Shown: positions 1 to 12,504 of the stretch, in pieces
How positions within the stretch are numbered: the stretch's first letter is position 1
How the letters are laid out: every line of letters begins with the position of its first letter
Assembly: GCA_000934665.2 (NCBI GenBank)
Contig: JYFJ02001667.1
Location: 1-64,000 of the forward strand
Length of the DNA stretch: 64,000 nucleotides
Reading direction: 5' to 3'
From: Catajapyx aquilonaris
Taxonomy: Eukaryota
Made by a program: the position numbers and the translations under genes
The notes under the pieces: generated by a model
Told to the model about the DNA's origin: nothing
Seen by the model: the letters and a program-made list of their open reading frames with translations, nothing else
Database searches by the model: none

Positions 1-110
1 TTAGGTAAGGTTAGGTTAGGTAAGGTTAGGTTAGGTAAGGTTAGGTTAGGTTAGGTTAGGTTAGGTTAGGTTAGGTTAGATCAGTTTACACTCGCAGTGA
101 AAAGTGATCA
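1..110 (+). repeat. Interstitial (TTAGG)n-like tract, part of a dispersed repeat
   Basis: TTAGG/TAAGG units at 1-79 followed by tcagtttacactcgcagtgaaaagt. A similar junction (tcggtttacactagctttgaaaagt) follows the degenerate TTAGG tract at 23733-23820. Confidence 0.7.
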
Positions 111-146
111 ATGTCCGTCCCCACGCCTTAGTCAAGACAAGGGTGT

Positions 147-425
147 GTGCTCCCACGGATGTTAAGTTCCCGGGTTCGATCCCAGCCCGGGGTTCCCCCC
201 TTCATCTCGTGCAGAGTTGGGTTGTCTATGGCTTCGTTTCGGGTGGAATCTCCTCAGACTAATCCACCCGGGGGAGTTCACAAAATGTACCCTTTGAGAA
301 TTGCTCTTGCACCTCAGTCACCCTGCCCGAGGGCCCGGGCGCTACGTCAAAAAGGTTCCATCAAGACGAAATAAAGGTTCCCTCCCTGCGGTACGATGCA
401 GGGAGGTAAATAGCCATATTATAAA
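147..425 (+). mobile_element. tRNA-derived SINE family A, 5'-truncated copy
   Basis: cccacggatgttaag..cccgggttcgatccc (B box) and body match 57729-58130 and 41945-42283; 3' hairpin cctccctgc/gcagggagg. Confidence 0.8.
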
Positions 426-701
426 AAAGGCATTTCCATGGGAATGCAAATTGATATATTGTTATTGATGTAAGAAGTGAGAAGATTCGGGAATATGCGT
501 GTTGTGGGAGTTAGGTTCATTTTCGGAAGCTGAAACATGCGGCGTGAAATTCCTTGGAAAATGTAACCCCCGATATGCTAATTTAAGGCGGTGTAGGGGC
601 CTTCCCCTGGATTTCTATAAGGGACTCCAAACTCACAAACAAACAAACTAAAATATAGATTAAGAAGAAGATTGCTGATACCAGCAGGAGTATTTAATAA
701 G

Positions 702-1387
702 TAGAGTCCGAATTTTTAGGCACAAAAAACCCTGAAATAGGCACGAAAAAAACCTCAAATAGGCCCAAAAATTTTACTTTTCCGGGAGTATGGAGGATAA
801 TGTTACAGAAAATAAAAATATATAATAATTTTATAGGCATAAAAAGTCTAAATATAAGGTCGCAAACCATAGCAAAAACCGAATAACAACGACAAAATGA
901 CAGAAAATCACAAAACTTGGGCAAAAGACACAAAGTGCAAGAATAAAGTATCGTATCACTCGCTCTGGTCGCTCTGGACTCTACTGTTCATAGCCAGATC
1001 CCACTTGCACAGTATGTTACCAAATATTTTTCTAGGTATTCATTAATGAAACTAATTACTTTGAACGATTTTGGTTCTTTCAGGAGCACAAAAAATACTA
1101 TGAAAAAAAACATGCCTCTGAAGGAATAGGTTCGGAATAGGCCCAAAAAGTCCCGAAATTGCTTCAAAAAGTTCAAGGACTATCCCAAAAATAGCCAAAT
1201 AGGTATGAAAAGGGGCAAAAAGCCAGAATGGGCATAATAGTTTCCCAAACCACGAAATAGGCAATTTCAGGCACTATAAAACCTACATTTTCCACATCCT
1301 GCACTTACGAAACGGATATATCTCTGCACAAAACCATCCCAACTATAAAGGAACTAAATAAGCATTTGCCTAAAAATCTGGACTCTA
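702..1387. mobile_element. Non-autonomous hAT-type DNA transposon
   Basis: TIRs TAGAGTCCGAATTTTTAGGCA / TGCCTAAAAATCTGGACTCTA; perfect 8-bp TSD TTAATAAG (694-701, 1388-1395); repeated internal AAATAGGC motifs. Confidence 0.85.
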
Positions 1388-1586
1388 TTAATAAGTCATA
1401 GCCGGCATAGAGTAATCAACTGAAAATGTGAGCTGTGTTGTGAATAATATATTTTCAGCTCACAAGAGGTACAGTACTTTATGAAGTCAGAAATCATTGA
1501 TTTACATGACACTGTCAGCTCTCAGTTATTCTATGGTTATGCAGAACGGGATTAACTAACCCGCAGAATTATTAGAGCAAATCAGG

Positions 1587-1708
1587 CAAGGGGTTAACAC
1601 TCGACTGTCAAGTGTACACCGGAGAACCAAAATTCAAGGAGTACCTACGGAGTACCTGGGAGTACCACTGCAGGTGTACACCAGAGTACCGAAGTGGTTA
1701 ACCCCTTG
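1587..1708. mobile_element. 122-bp MITE with 8-bp TSD (hAT- or P-like)
   Basis: TIR CAAGGGGTTAAC / GTTAACCCCTTG; direct repeat AAATCAGG at 1579-1586 and 1709-1716; second copy at about 2175-2303. Confidence 0.7.
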
Positions 1709-2124
1709 AAATCAGGCAATAGCGCCAGTGATTAAATTTTGTATTGTTCCTGGTTGGAAGTTATATTTCACGCCCCATCTGCATGCATGAAAGAGTAAAA
1801 CAAGTATATGGTAGATTAGAACAACCAAAGGTACTGTTTATTCAATTGAAATTCCTACCTACCACATTTACTATGTACAGTACATTTACAATAACATTAA
1901 TCAAACATTAACCTTAACATTAAAACCACACTAACTTCCAGGTACCAATTTCTCTTAGCCAACTGATCTGCTATGTGCATTTGCTTGTGGTGCACTTCAA
2001 ATTAATAATTTCTCTCCCTAGAACCAATCCCCATGGCCATTGCAAGTACTGTACCTCGGTAAGTACAGGTTCATCGAAAAAGAATGCTCGGATTTTAAAC
2101 CCCTATAACCAACTCGAAAACGTG

Positions 2125-2303
2125 TTGGTGCTCCAATGTACACTTTACAGTCGAATGGTTAACCCGATATTATCGGGTTAACCATTCGACTGTAAAGTGT
2201 ACATTGGAGCACCAAAATTCAAGGAGTACCATAGAGTAAGGTACCTAAGGAGTACCTGGGAGTACCAGGTGTACACCAGAGCACTGAAGTGGTTAACCCC
2301 TCG
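2125..2303. repeat. Second copy of the small MITE fused to a perfect 91-bp palindrome
   Basis: Arms 2125-2169 and 2171-2215 are exact reverse complements with a 1-nt spacer; 2175-2303 is homologous to 1591-1708. Confidence 0.85.
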
Positions 2304-3729
2304 ATCTTAATGATTTAAGTTTTGAAATGCTAAGAAAGGTCTAAAGTTTGGGTCTCACCTTAGTTTGTTTCTATATGAGCCAAGATATGAGCTTTATTTG
2401 TCGCTCAACAGGTAAAAGAAGACGGTATTAAGTCTCGTGCCACACCCACTCAATCATATATGGAGTTACCGTTGCAATCCTATCCCGTAGATGCTGGAGA
2501 TGACGTGCCTGGTGTATTACACCACTCACATGGTTCTTGATGATGCACATAAAAAGTCGCCTCATCTATGAAACAAACCTTGCTCATGTAATTTACTGCA
2601 TCATCCGCCTTGAGGTGCAGCACATATCCCCATTTTTTCCCATGTGTGCCCTTTGATATGATAATACACAATATTATTATGAATTCAGGCCAAGCGTTTG
2701 ACGAACATTATTTTATTGTTTTCCATCTTTGCAATATTTCCCCAACAATATATTGTTAATATCAGTACGAAAGGTGTCATGCGGTTAAGTGATACGGTAT
2801 CTCTCCCTTTTTATTACCTTTGTAGAGTTTTTGAGTGCTTTCCTCCAGCACAGTGATACTTTCGTATTCCAAAAGCGCAGGTTAAATGGTACTTATGAAA
2901 TGTGTTTATTTCCCCATGTCTGCCAGGTTGGTGCTAAGATTAAGCTAATCAATAATAAAATATATTGCAACATGCATATACGTAAGTGTACTCTGCAGTG
3001 ATGGGCATTAATCAATATTCTAATTTAAATGAATTCTGCGTAAATTCCTACCTAATGAACAGAATTGAATTAACTAACAACGATGCATGAATTGAAGGAA
3101 GCTGACCTTCAATTCAGCTGATTCTACAGGAAGAAGAAGAGATACAAACAGCTTACATTCCGATCTATATAAGCAAGCTCCTTGTAGACGTGTCCTCGAC
3201 CAGAAACGATGCAGTAACCGTTGTCTTCAGCATCAGTTGGTGTCTTGCTTCAGCGAATCATGCAGTACGAGCAGTGCCATATCAATATACCAGATGTTGT
3301 CGCCCACTCTTTGCAAAATGCATATAGGCTGTGGGGAAAACTACATTCAGAGAAGGGAATCGACTAAACGAAAGAATAGAGAAAAATTCCAACGGTGAAA
3401 ACTTTGGTGTCCTGGGCGGATAACAAAAAATAAAGTTGGAAGAATAGAACGATCCGGCGGTGGTTTTCTGGGATAGGATAGATTCCTAGGAAAAAAAGGG
3501 CAATAAGTCAGCATCGGCGACCGGGGGCGGGACTTTTATGCTTCCGAAACGAGAAAAGTTTGGGAGTCACGTATTTTCTCCTTTTTTTCTGGGGGAGAGG
3601 ACAGGGGGTGGGAAGAAGACTCTGGCTTTCCGATAGGATCCTTGACGCTGTTTTCATCGCACGAATATTGGACACCGACATACTGCAGCCAGTAATATCT
3701 TTGCAATCTGCTGGGACCTTTCTCTAGCA

Positions 3730-4320
3730 GCACCCTCAACACAGCTGGACAATTAGACCGCTTTCTGAAGCGTTGCTTGGGTTTACCTCTAAGCAGAACT
3801 AAGTCAATTGCATCGGTTCGAGACAAATATTGACAATCCACTGGGACAATCCGGGTAGATCTTGGACAGGAAGCGAACCAACCTGAAAGACAAACAGGAA
3901 GGTGGATGGCTCCCAACACATTTACAAAAAGTCTCGACCATGGCGCCTCATTCGGCAATGTTGCACGAGACGGGTACACAGACTGAAAAACAAATTTCCA
4001 GTGGAGCCGGACTTCTGTTTGTGACGGGGCAACCTGAAGTGGACGGGAACTGCTGCAGGGAAGGGGGTGAAAAAGTTTCTTTACGACGATTCGGAGGACA
4101 CACTTGAAAGAGAATTGCTTGGGTCTAATCCGATTTGTCACGGGACAACATGTCAGTAGGTCACTGTGTATCTCATTGCATAAACTGACACTTAATCCAC
4201 AGGCAAGTTCCACAGTAACTTTATTTACACAAAACATATCCAGCTTATGTGCACAATATTCAGATGTTAAAAAAACTGCTTTTTGTACTGTAGAGTACAC
4301 GACTTTTTGGTTGGAGTTTT
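3730..4320 (+). mobile_element. Possible decayed Helitron/Helentron helicase-endonuclease remnant
   Basis: Broken frames give NTAGQLDRFLKRCLGLP, ETNID, KQ/FPV and then TQNISSLCAQYSDV...TFWL, in the order of Pif1-like helicase motifs followed by an AP-endonuclease start. Many stops and frameshifts. Confidence 0.3.
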
Positions 4321-5779
4321 TTTTTTGGAGGGTAAGGGAATGGGGCCAAGCGTCTGGATACATGGAATGAGAATAGTGTTTGAGGGTCGTGGGGAGCAGG
4401 AAAGGATTGAATGGGAGAGGAACGCAAGCCTACGACAGTAGACAGCACCACAAACACTGAGAGTTATGCTGCCACTTTCCAAACCATGGCCTTCTTGACC
4501 TCCCATCAGCACTGCTGCTTAGCAGCAAAAAACGCTCAAATATGTACAAAGTAGTGCCAGCACTTGCTTTCAAATAGGCCTACCTCTAATCTGCCACGAC
4601 GGATGAGCGTACTAATCAACACAAAACATGCACACGCTCACTCATACCCAGTTACCTGTCATATACACGCGAGTAAGCTCGTGGTGAAAGTTGGGGGGGG
4701 GGGGGNGGGGAAGGGAGGCATCTACATGAATTTCAGGGATACACATCTGAATTTTTTTTTGGAGGGTATGGGTAGGGAATTTAACACATGTGTCATATTT
4801 TTACACGTGAAAGGGGCACCCACGACGCCATATCTTTCCATATAATGCAGTGCCGTGTTTCACACCGAAGTCTATATATTATTATTTTTTTCTTTCAGCA
4901 TTACTATATGAGTACAGATTGAAAACTGACGTCAAGATACCCTTTCATCATCTGCAAACAAAAACCATGACAACATTTAGAGCAAAGGAAATGTGACGAC
5001 ATGGAAATGATCTTGTGGAAAACAAGTTTCGACGCACAACAGCTCAAATAGTAATGGGGGTGGTCAGGGAATATACATTTATGTCTGGTGGTTTTGCCCT
5101 GCCTTTTTTTCCCCCCAAATTCCATGGAAACAAATTGCAATCACTGCCCACACCAAGTCAGTTAACGTCACGCATAAAAATCACATATTTGGTTGAAACA
5201 TTGGGGGAAGGGGATTGGAAGTGAGAGTAGGTTCATCAGGCTACATTAAATTTTTGGTACATATGCTAAAATGGAAATTTGAAAGTAAGCTATTTTTTTT
5301 CCAGAAATGCAGTACACAAAATTTGAGAGTATAGTAATCCACCTGGCCACACATGAAGCAGACAGAAAAAAAGAGCGCACGTCAGAGTCGAGGTATATCG
5401 AGCCCACTGGCCGACCTCTTGTTGATGTTGCGAATGAACCGCGCGAGTGTGGCTTGGACTACCGGTGAAAACTCACTACAGGCTTCCAAATGTCAACCTA
5501 ATCCCAGTCCATCCACCAACAAAAAAGTGACTGGAAAATACATGAAAAGCTCTCTCTATATAGTTGCTAAATGCACCAAAACCGGAGACAGAAAGTTGAG
5601 AATGCTTTGTTTGGGCAGGCTTGTCATAGACTTTTTTTTTTTGTTTTGAGACACGCACATACATACATCGAGCACACCTAATCATAACAATATTAATGAT
5701 AATATCAATTTTTGGGGAGGGGACAAGGGTTGTTTTTTTTGTGTCTGTTTATTATGTTGACGACAAAGAGTTGGACCTG

Positions 5780-6420
5780 CCGTGGATCTATGCACTGAAT
5801 CTACATTCCAACTCTTGCTGGGAGTCTGCAGGAGAAACGTGTCTGAGAAGCGCTGTGGGAGCAGGCTATGCAATTCGATTCCGGATGCCCCAGCCAGCCG
5901 AATGAGTTTGACATCTAGTCAGAAGAGTAGACTTATCGCGCGGAGGAAGCCTATGCTTGCTATTCGGCCCACAGCGATCAACAAGCAAGTCTTCCTTCAC
6001 CTTGACGGGGTGCTGACGATACAAAGAGGGGTGTAATCCTTCAAGGTGTAGCAGAAGGGCGCCATTCGGGAGCATTTCTGCTGCACGCTATCCCAGGACG
6101 CCACGGCTGCTCGTAGTTCGACCTCCCTTTGAGCTGGGCCAATCGGGGCTTGAACTATGGCCACCAGGGTAACCTCCATGAGTGCCTCCCCCACCTAGAG
6201 AGGGTATTGTCTCTCCGACATATTGGACCTAAATCAGATTGGATCTGCATGCAGTGAAAAAATGTCATTGAAAAAAAAAAAAAATTGGACGCTTGCCAAT
6301 TTCCTATCCTCCAGCATGCAATCTAGATCCAATATGGACGCCCCATAAGGACTACGTGGAGACAATACCCTGGTTAGGGTGGGGGAGGCAACCATGTAGG
6401 GGACCCTGATGGCCACACAC
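5780..6420 (-). mobile_element. Decayed LINE reverse-transcriptase C-terminal remnant
   Basis: Peptides PYGASI..DRKLASVQ and LTRCQTHSAGWGIRNR resemble the LEYxSxxW..LESVQ and LxRFRxGxHxLxIETGR motifs of non-LTR elements. Confidence 0.4.
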
Positions 6421-9194
6421 CTTGATTCTCAGCCACTTGGCGTCGTCAACATCCCGCGTGCGCAATTATATGGTCAAATCGCAACAACTGCCGACTTGTT
6501 TGGTTGTTTAGCGGTGTTCAGAGGACGGTATCTTTGGCACCCGGATGACCTATGGTTAATTGGCGTCGTCCAAAAAATTGACAAGCAGAGGGGAAGCAGA
6601 CTGGCTCCCCCGTCCGCCAAAAATTGAGCAACACGTGAAAAAACCCCACTGCAGCCCGACGATAAATTTTGTTCTCGCAAGTCTAAAAATATTGTCGTAG
6701 AAATGCACACATACACAAAACATGAAAAGCTCCTGGTTGGCCTACAACGTCGTCGCAAAGTTTATCGATGCGCTGAAGTGGAGCTTTCGTGACAATTTGT
6801 TATCACTGTTGAATATCATCATGTGGGTCCCACACTCTGTGCGAAGATATGCGTCTCAGAAACAAAGTGTCGTCACAAATTTTGAGCAGTTAGATGTCCA
6901 ATGACGACGCCTGATGCGTGCTTCTAGTACATCCCTTGGCGTACTTGAGCAGCGTTGCTAAAATGGTCACCACCGACGGAGCATTCTAGCAGAAGAAGGC
7001 TGTACTGTAAGCAAATGAGCTTGTACTCCCACAGCTGCGTATATAAATTAAAGTGCCGACTTGTGTAGCTGTTCTGGGGAACAAAATTATTGGCCTTCTT
7101 AGTCAGCGCAAAGTCAGAAAAAGTACCAGGTGGAGCGTTTCAAGCACTTTGTGTTGCAGTTCCATGCGCGTTATGGCCTAACTCAAAATTTGCTAAACTC
7201 ATCGTGTGCAAGAACGCGCGTATATTCTTGCAAACGGACACGTCTATGTATGTGAAATGGGCGTAATGAAAAGACAATGCCGGAAAAGTCACCAAAATGC
7301 TTTCTAATGAGTTCAGAATGATTTTTCTTTCGGTTATGCCTGTAGCACTAAATCCTGGTTTCCTCTGCCATTGTGCCAGAGCACAAGAGCAAAACTCTAG
7401 CTGTAGCCATCCATATTGCTAGCAATGGCTGCAGGGGAATAAAGAGCTAGGCGTCCGAGCGCGAGGAAAGTTATGAAAACTCCCTTCTGCTGTTTTCGCT
7501 TTTGCTCCAAGAGGCCTTTGCAAGCTGTACTGAAAAAAAAAGACGAGGAACAAAAAAGGAAGAAAATTAAGTTTCCTCTCAGAGTGAATTATGATCGCTT
7601 TCAAAACTAACCACGTCATATGGTCTTGCTGCTATACTTACAGACCTGTCCTATATAGTTAAACTGCTTTAAATTGGGGGATATGATTCATAGTTGAACA
7701 TTAGTGCCATTGCGTCAAGTGCGCTTCTGCATGGTGCAAGACACCATTCCGGATCAAGACCCTGCTGTCTGCATCTCATTCAGTTGGACAAAGTAGAAGT
7801 TAGATGGGGAGCAACTGGCAAAATAAATTACTCCCTAAAAGCTCTTTCTCTAGCCACGTGTACGAATATGTAGCGGAGGTAGAATCATATTGGTTCTGGT
7901 AGAAATACAGTAGATGTAGCAGGAACTGACTAATGTCGAAAGCAGCGTTAGTGCATCACCATGAATATGAATTAATGCAACAATTTGGCACGCACCCACA
8001 CTATCTTTCCGAGACAAGTCTGGACACAGAATAGAGCAATGCTTGGTTCCAGAGGCCCCACTTCCACAGCGCTTCCAGACACCCTAACTACCAAAGCTCG
8101 CTCTACGGGGACCATTGAAAACTATGCTACCCGTTCACCATCAGACTTTTGGAGTATTCGAGAATATAGTTATTATAGTGTCATGTATTGACCTGTGTTA
8201 TAAAAATGTCACAAAAGCTGTCTCCTCCTACTGGCTGCCAGGCTGAACACCCACTTTGCCTTTTGACATGCGGCCAGAAAAAGACTGGCGTCGAATTTTT
8301 TATTGCCTTCACTATGGGTGGAAAAGAAAAATAATTGGCGATTGTGTTCACACTATTTTTCTCTCATATCTGCAGCTTCCCCCGGATGACGCAGAGGCAA
8401 AAATCTATCTCCTCATATACAAATGCTGTTCAAGGAACAAGCATGGTTTACTAGATGAAAAGTGGTGTGTGTGTGTGGGTGGTCATGTTATTTTTTAAAT
8501 CTCTCTGCAAGGACTAGACACCAACGGAACGAAAATGAGTGTTCATCGTACATTAGATTCGATTGTCACTTTGCCCAAAAAAGAACAGCCAAAAAGTGGA
8601 AAAAACGATTGTGCGACAATGTCCTTTCAGTTATAGTCTCTTTGGCTCTGATTCTCACGCACTCCGTTCCTCTCACTACAGTCCTCATAAATACTGGCAA
8701 CGATGACTGGCTCATTTGGCCAGTGACGGTTAGTGAAGGAAAATGTTATAGTGATCGTTGTGAAAGGGCAATTTGGCAAAAAGGAGCGGTTAGTCCAACA
8801 ATTCACAAGAGGATTCAGCCTTCATCAATATCACCCAGGGTAAGTGACACCCACCAAGGTTAAAAATGTATTCATACGTCCCGCGTAAGTCATGTAAAGG
8901 TAAGTTAACTGCAATTGAGTCATGTTTTGGCGTAAGTGCAGTAGGTTATAGGACATGTCTCAAGTTAGTCTGGTCCAACTGACATGATCCACTATCGGGC
9001 AGCAATCCCGCCATTACCAGTCTCGCCTATCCAGCCCAACCGAATGGAAATGGCTACCATCCACGTGTGAATGTGACGGACAAAATGGCGCGCTTTGGTT
9101 TCTGTACCTCTGTACAGATCAGTATCTTCTACCCTCCCGGTGACAGACCGTTTACTAGAAATTGAATCAAGTAGTCGCCACCGTTCTACTATTG

Positions 9195-9964
9195 TCAGTT
9201 GTAGAACCCCTTGTTAATCGCGTGTCGCTTACGGTTGTTCCATTTGCAGGTGAGTATGCGTACATATGTCCTGCGGAAGGAAGCGTTGCAGAGTGCGTAG
9301 CACATGGGGTTGATGGTGCTGTTGAGGTAACATAGGTAGTAGGAGAAGTTCCACAGCTCGTTGGGGATGCAGTCGTCCTCGGCATCGCAGGTCAGCAGCG
9401 TCTTGAGCAGCACCAGCACGTTGTAGGGCGTCCAGGTGATGATGAAAGCCAGCAAGATGGCCGATAGTGTCTTGGCCGCCTTCTTGTCCTGCTTCTTCTC
9501 CTGGCTCTTCTTCTTTTTCTTCTTGGGCCCTCCCGAGCCACCCTTGGCCAGCTGCTTCGGAATGATCTTGGCATTGAGCGGGATGCGGACATCGGGCATC
9601 TGTGAGTGGCGCCTGGAAGGCGACGGACCTGTGTAGGCCCCCGGGTGCAGGTTGAGCGAATACTCGGAAGGGGCGGCCCTCAGCGGGCCTCCTTCGCCTC
9701 CGTCCATGGCCGGAGGGGGAGGAGGAGGACCGCGTGGGATTCGCCCTGGGGCGGGAGGCGGGGGCGGAGGAGGCAGTTCTTCAGGAATCATCTTGATGGA
9801 GGGTTGGGCTAGTCCGTCCACCGAGCTGTCTGGAGGCAGGCGGATCAGGATCGTGTATACTGAGTCGGACGAGTGGGAGCGGGAGTGGAGTCGACTGGCA
9901 CCCGCGCCTCCCCCGCCGCCTCCAGCTCGAGAGCCGCCATCTGCAGCCGACGTTGTCGACACGG
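9195..9964 (-). CDS. mAChR-A: Muscarinic acetylcholine receptor, A-type: last coding exon (end of i3 loop, TM6, TM7, C-tail)
   Basis: Translation contains [39 protein letters not shown] (TM6) and [32 protein letters not shown] (TM7 NPxxY, helix 8), ending GFYN-stop, as in insect mAChR-A. Acceptor tccttcctcag lies before 9964 (phase 1); TGA at 9197-9195. Confidence 0.95.
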
Positions 9965-11115
9965 CTGAGGAAGGACAAACTCGCTATCATAACAGGCACC
10001 CTCTTAATTGAACGGATTTATAACTCTCTTGGGAATCGAACTGGGCCGGTTTATCCACTGACTTGTGCCGCTTCTCACTTTTTCACATTACCACCCACTT
10101 GGTGGGACCTAAATCAACAGAGTGACTGATTACGGCAATCAAATATTACGTTTTTATGGAAAGAGATTTGGTTATTTTCACTCTTAACTGGTTCTCAACC
10201 GAGGCTCCATTACCTGCTTTCCTGGCTACCCATTTTCTTTTGTTGCAATTTGGTCCAGTAATAGGGTCGCAACTCAAGTGAAAATGTCTCTTACAATATA
10301 TTATCGTAGTTGCGAGCTCGCCGTTTTGATAGTGACGGCCAGAAAAGGTGGAAACGCATTTACCAAGTCATCATCCATATTTCCTTTTACTATCCGGATG
10401 AAATAATTAATGCGTGACGCGTGTATGTGACGTCGTAATATTGTATCGACCTATTTCCCTAGGCGGTCTGAAGAGAGAGGCAGAAAAATACTGCCTGGAA
10501 ATAAAAATACTGAGAGCGCGCCTGCAATCCCGACAAAATGTAATGCAGGAGAGAAGCATGGGTTAGTTGACTTCCAGGATGAAGACAAGTCGCTCCAGCC
10601 TGCCTCTGTCGCTATGGTGCCTCAAAGGGAGACACAGGCATTATTTATTATTCATGAGTGAGAGACGCCATGCTTAACGGAAAGCAACGCAGAATGCTCA
10701 GAGTGAGTTAATCCTCACGTACTGCGGGTTAGTAGTATGCTAATGTGATTATTTTCTTTTCTAAGCTTTCGAGGATAACCAGAGGTCAGTGATGGATGTC
10801 AAGTCGAACATCATTTGATAATTGCATTTTTTGCATGCGGATTTCAAAAAGTCTCATAGTTAATTTTTACTTAATTTTTACTGAAAGACCAAGTTCGTAT
10901 CCATGCAAAAGAAACATTACTAGTACCTAATTTTATTAGTGTAAGCTACAATGTCGATTTCCGGATTAGACAGGGTGTTTCATAATAATTCGCAGAAAAT
11001 ATTCGGATGGAACTCCTGAGCATCAGAGAATAAATAAATCCAAAGGTGTCGTATGACGTCATGTTCGCTTTAAAATGCTATAGAGATTAAATGCATTTAA
11101 TCTCCACAGCATTTT

Positions 11116-11464
11116 TTTTATTTATTTTTTTACGTTACCCCGTGCTAGGGCCATGGGCCCTTATAGGGGGGTGGAATACCACCATCTCCTTCAATTTTCT
11201 AATTTTTCTCCCAACTCCGGTGCAAGGATGAAAGGACATGGGGAAAGGATAGGGATTTTTGGGGAGGGAACATGGGTGAAAGGTGCACGTCTGAAAACGG
11301 GTCATGTGCTGTTCCCCAGGAGGTTAGGTTGCCAGACACCTCCTTGGTGCAGGTCAGAGACCCTCCTGACGCAGGTGAAAGGAAAGTTCCCCAGGCGGGG
11401 ATCGAACCTGGGGCCTTTCACACAGCAAGCCGTGACGTTACCATCACGGCCACCACACCTCCCC
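11116..11464 (-). mobile_element. tRNA-derived SINE family B, full length
   Basis: A box tggccgtgatgg, B box ggttcgatccc, A-rich tail, 15-bp TSD TCTCCACAGCATTTT (11101-11115, 11465-11479). Lies in the last mAChR intron. Confidence 0.88.
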
Positions 11465-11910
11465 TCTCCACAGCATTTTAAAGCGTACATTATACCACCT
11501 TCTATGTCACGGACACAGCCTACGACACTATCTTCTATTCCCTCATTTTACACCTTATGAGAACGCAGGTTAAATTAAAATGGCATTGTAACACGAATTT
11601 TAATGATAAAAGAAAGGATGGTTCATGTTTGAAGGCCAATATTTCAGTAACAAGACTGCGGTGACCAATAATTGCACCTCTTCAAAAAGTGACTCTCCGG
11701 TTACCATGAGTTCACCATACACGTTCTTCCAAATCATTACGAAACAACCAGTATTTTGATGCTACAAACAGACACTACTAATGAGCAGAGTCGAATTGCA
11801 CTATCTCCCTTCAACTGTAAACTGCGACCACACGACCACACACACTCCAGAAAACAGGTAGGTAATGAGAACAAGAGCGTTGGCCCATAGGTCATGAAAT
11901 AATTCAGTAC

Positions 11911-12205
11911 CAGAGGTAGCAGCAGCCGCATCGGATCTGGATCTGCTTGGCGTGGCCGATCCTCCTCCTCCAGCTGCCCCTCCAGCTCCAGCATACGGAT
12001 CTCTAATGACATTGAGAGAGGTGCACCTGGACACACTAGACTGCAGCGGTGTCTCGACGGAAGCGGGCGTAGCACATCCTGGAGACCCATGACCCAACTC
12101 GCTAGCCGTGTCATCACCGTCGTCTCGGTCCACGCGGCAGTTGCGTGCGCACGCCAGGCAGAACTCCTGAACTCGACGAGCCGCAGTCAGACGCACCGCT
12201 GGTAC
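11911..12205 (-). CDS. mAChR-A: mAChR-A penultimate coding exon (third intracellular loop)
   Basis: GC-rich open frame VPAVRLTAARRVQEFCLACARNCRVDRDD...GSPGCATPASVETPLQSSVSRCTSL...AAAATS. Acceptor ttttctctaacgcag; donor G|gtactg in phase 1, joining the next exon in frame (TS-A-VSTTS). Confidence 0.8.
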
Positions 12206-12477
12206 CTGCGTTAGAGAAAATACATTGGTTAGTCCCATGACATAGTACAAATGCTATATGCTAGGCTGTACCTTGACTGATAGCGGCCCGAAATATGGCC
12301 TTCGATTTAATGGGCACCGTAATAGCGCAGCGGAGATAAATTTATTCGCTGTTCCCGGGTCTTCTCCATTAGCAGCTGACGTCAGCGCATCGGTTACGAG
12401 GCATAAAAGCCAAGGGTGCCTTTTGCCTTCGTTAATGTTGATGCCCTCTTCAAGTTAGTTGTGCGGAGGAAAGCGGG

Positions 12478-12504
12478 AGGAAGGAAGGAAGGAAGGAAGG
12501 AAGG
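12478..12504 (+). repeat. (GGAA)n microsatellite
   Basis: Tandem ggaa units. Confidence 0.9.

Noticed and set aside
1..79. True chromosome telomere
   Set aside because: The tract is short and degenerate, a left chromosome end would read CCTAA on this strand, and the same junction recurs internally at 23.8 kb.
3180..3240. Penelope-type hammerhead ribozyme (CTGAAGA on the minus strand)
   Set aside because: No correctly placed GAAA core or closing stems found.
3536..4363. 275-aa minus-strand ORF as a real gene
   Set aside because: No recognisable domain and atypical composition; more likely a chance antisense frame over TE debris.
9392..10011. Overlapping alternative-frame and antisense ORFs
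   Set aside because: Shadow frames of the GC-rich mAChR exon.
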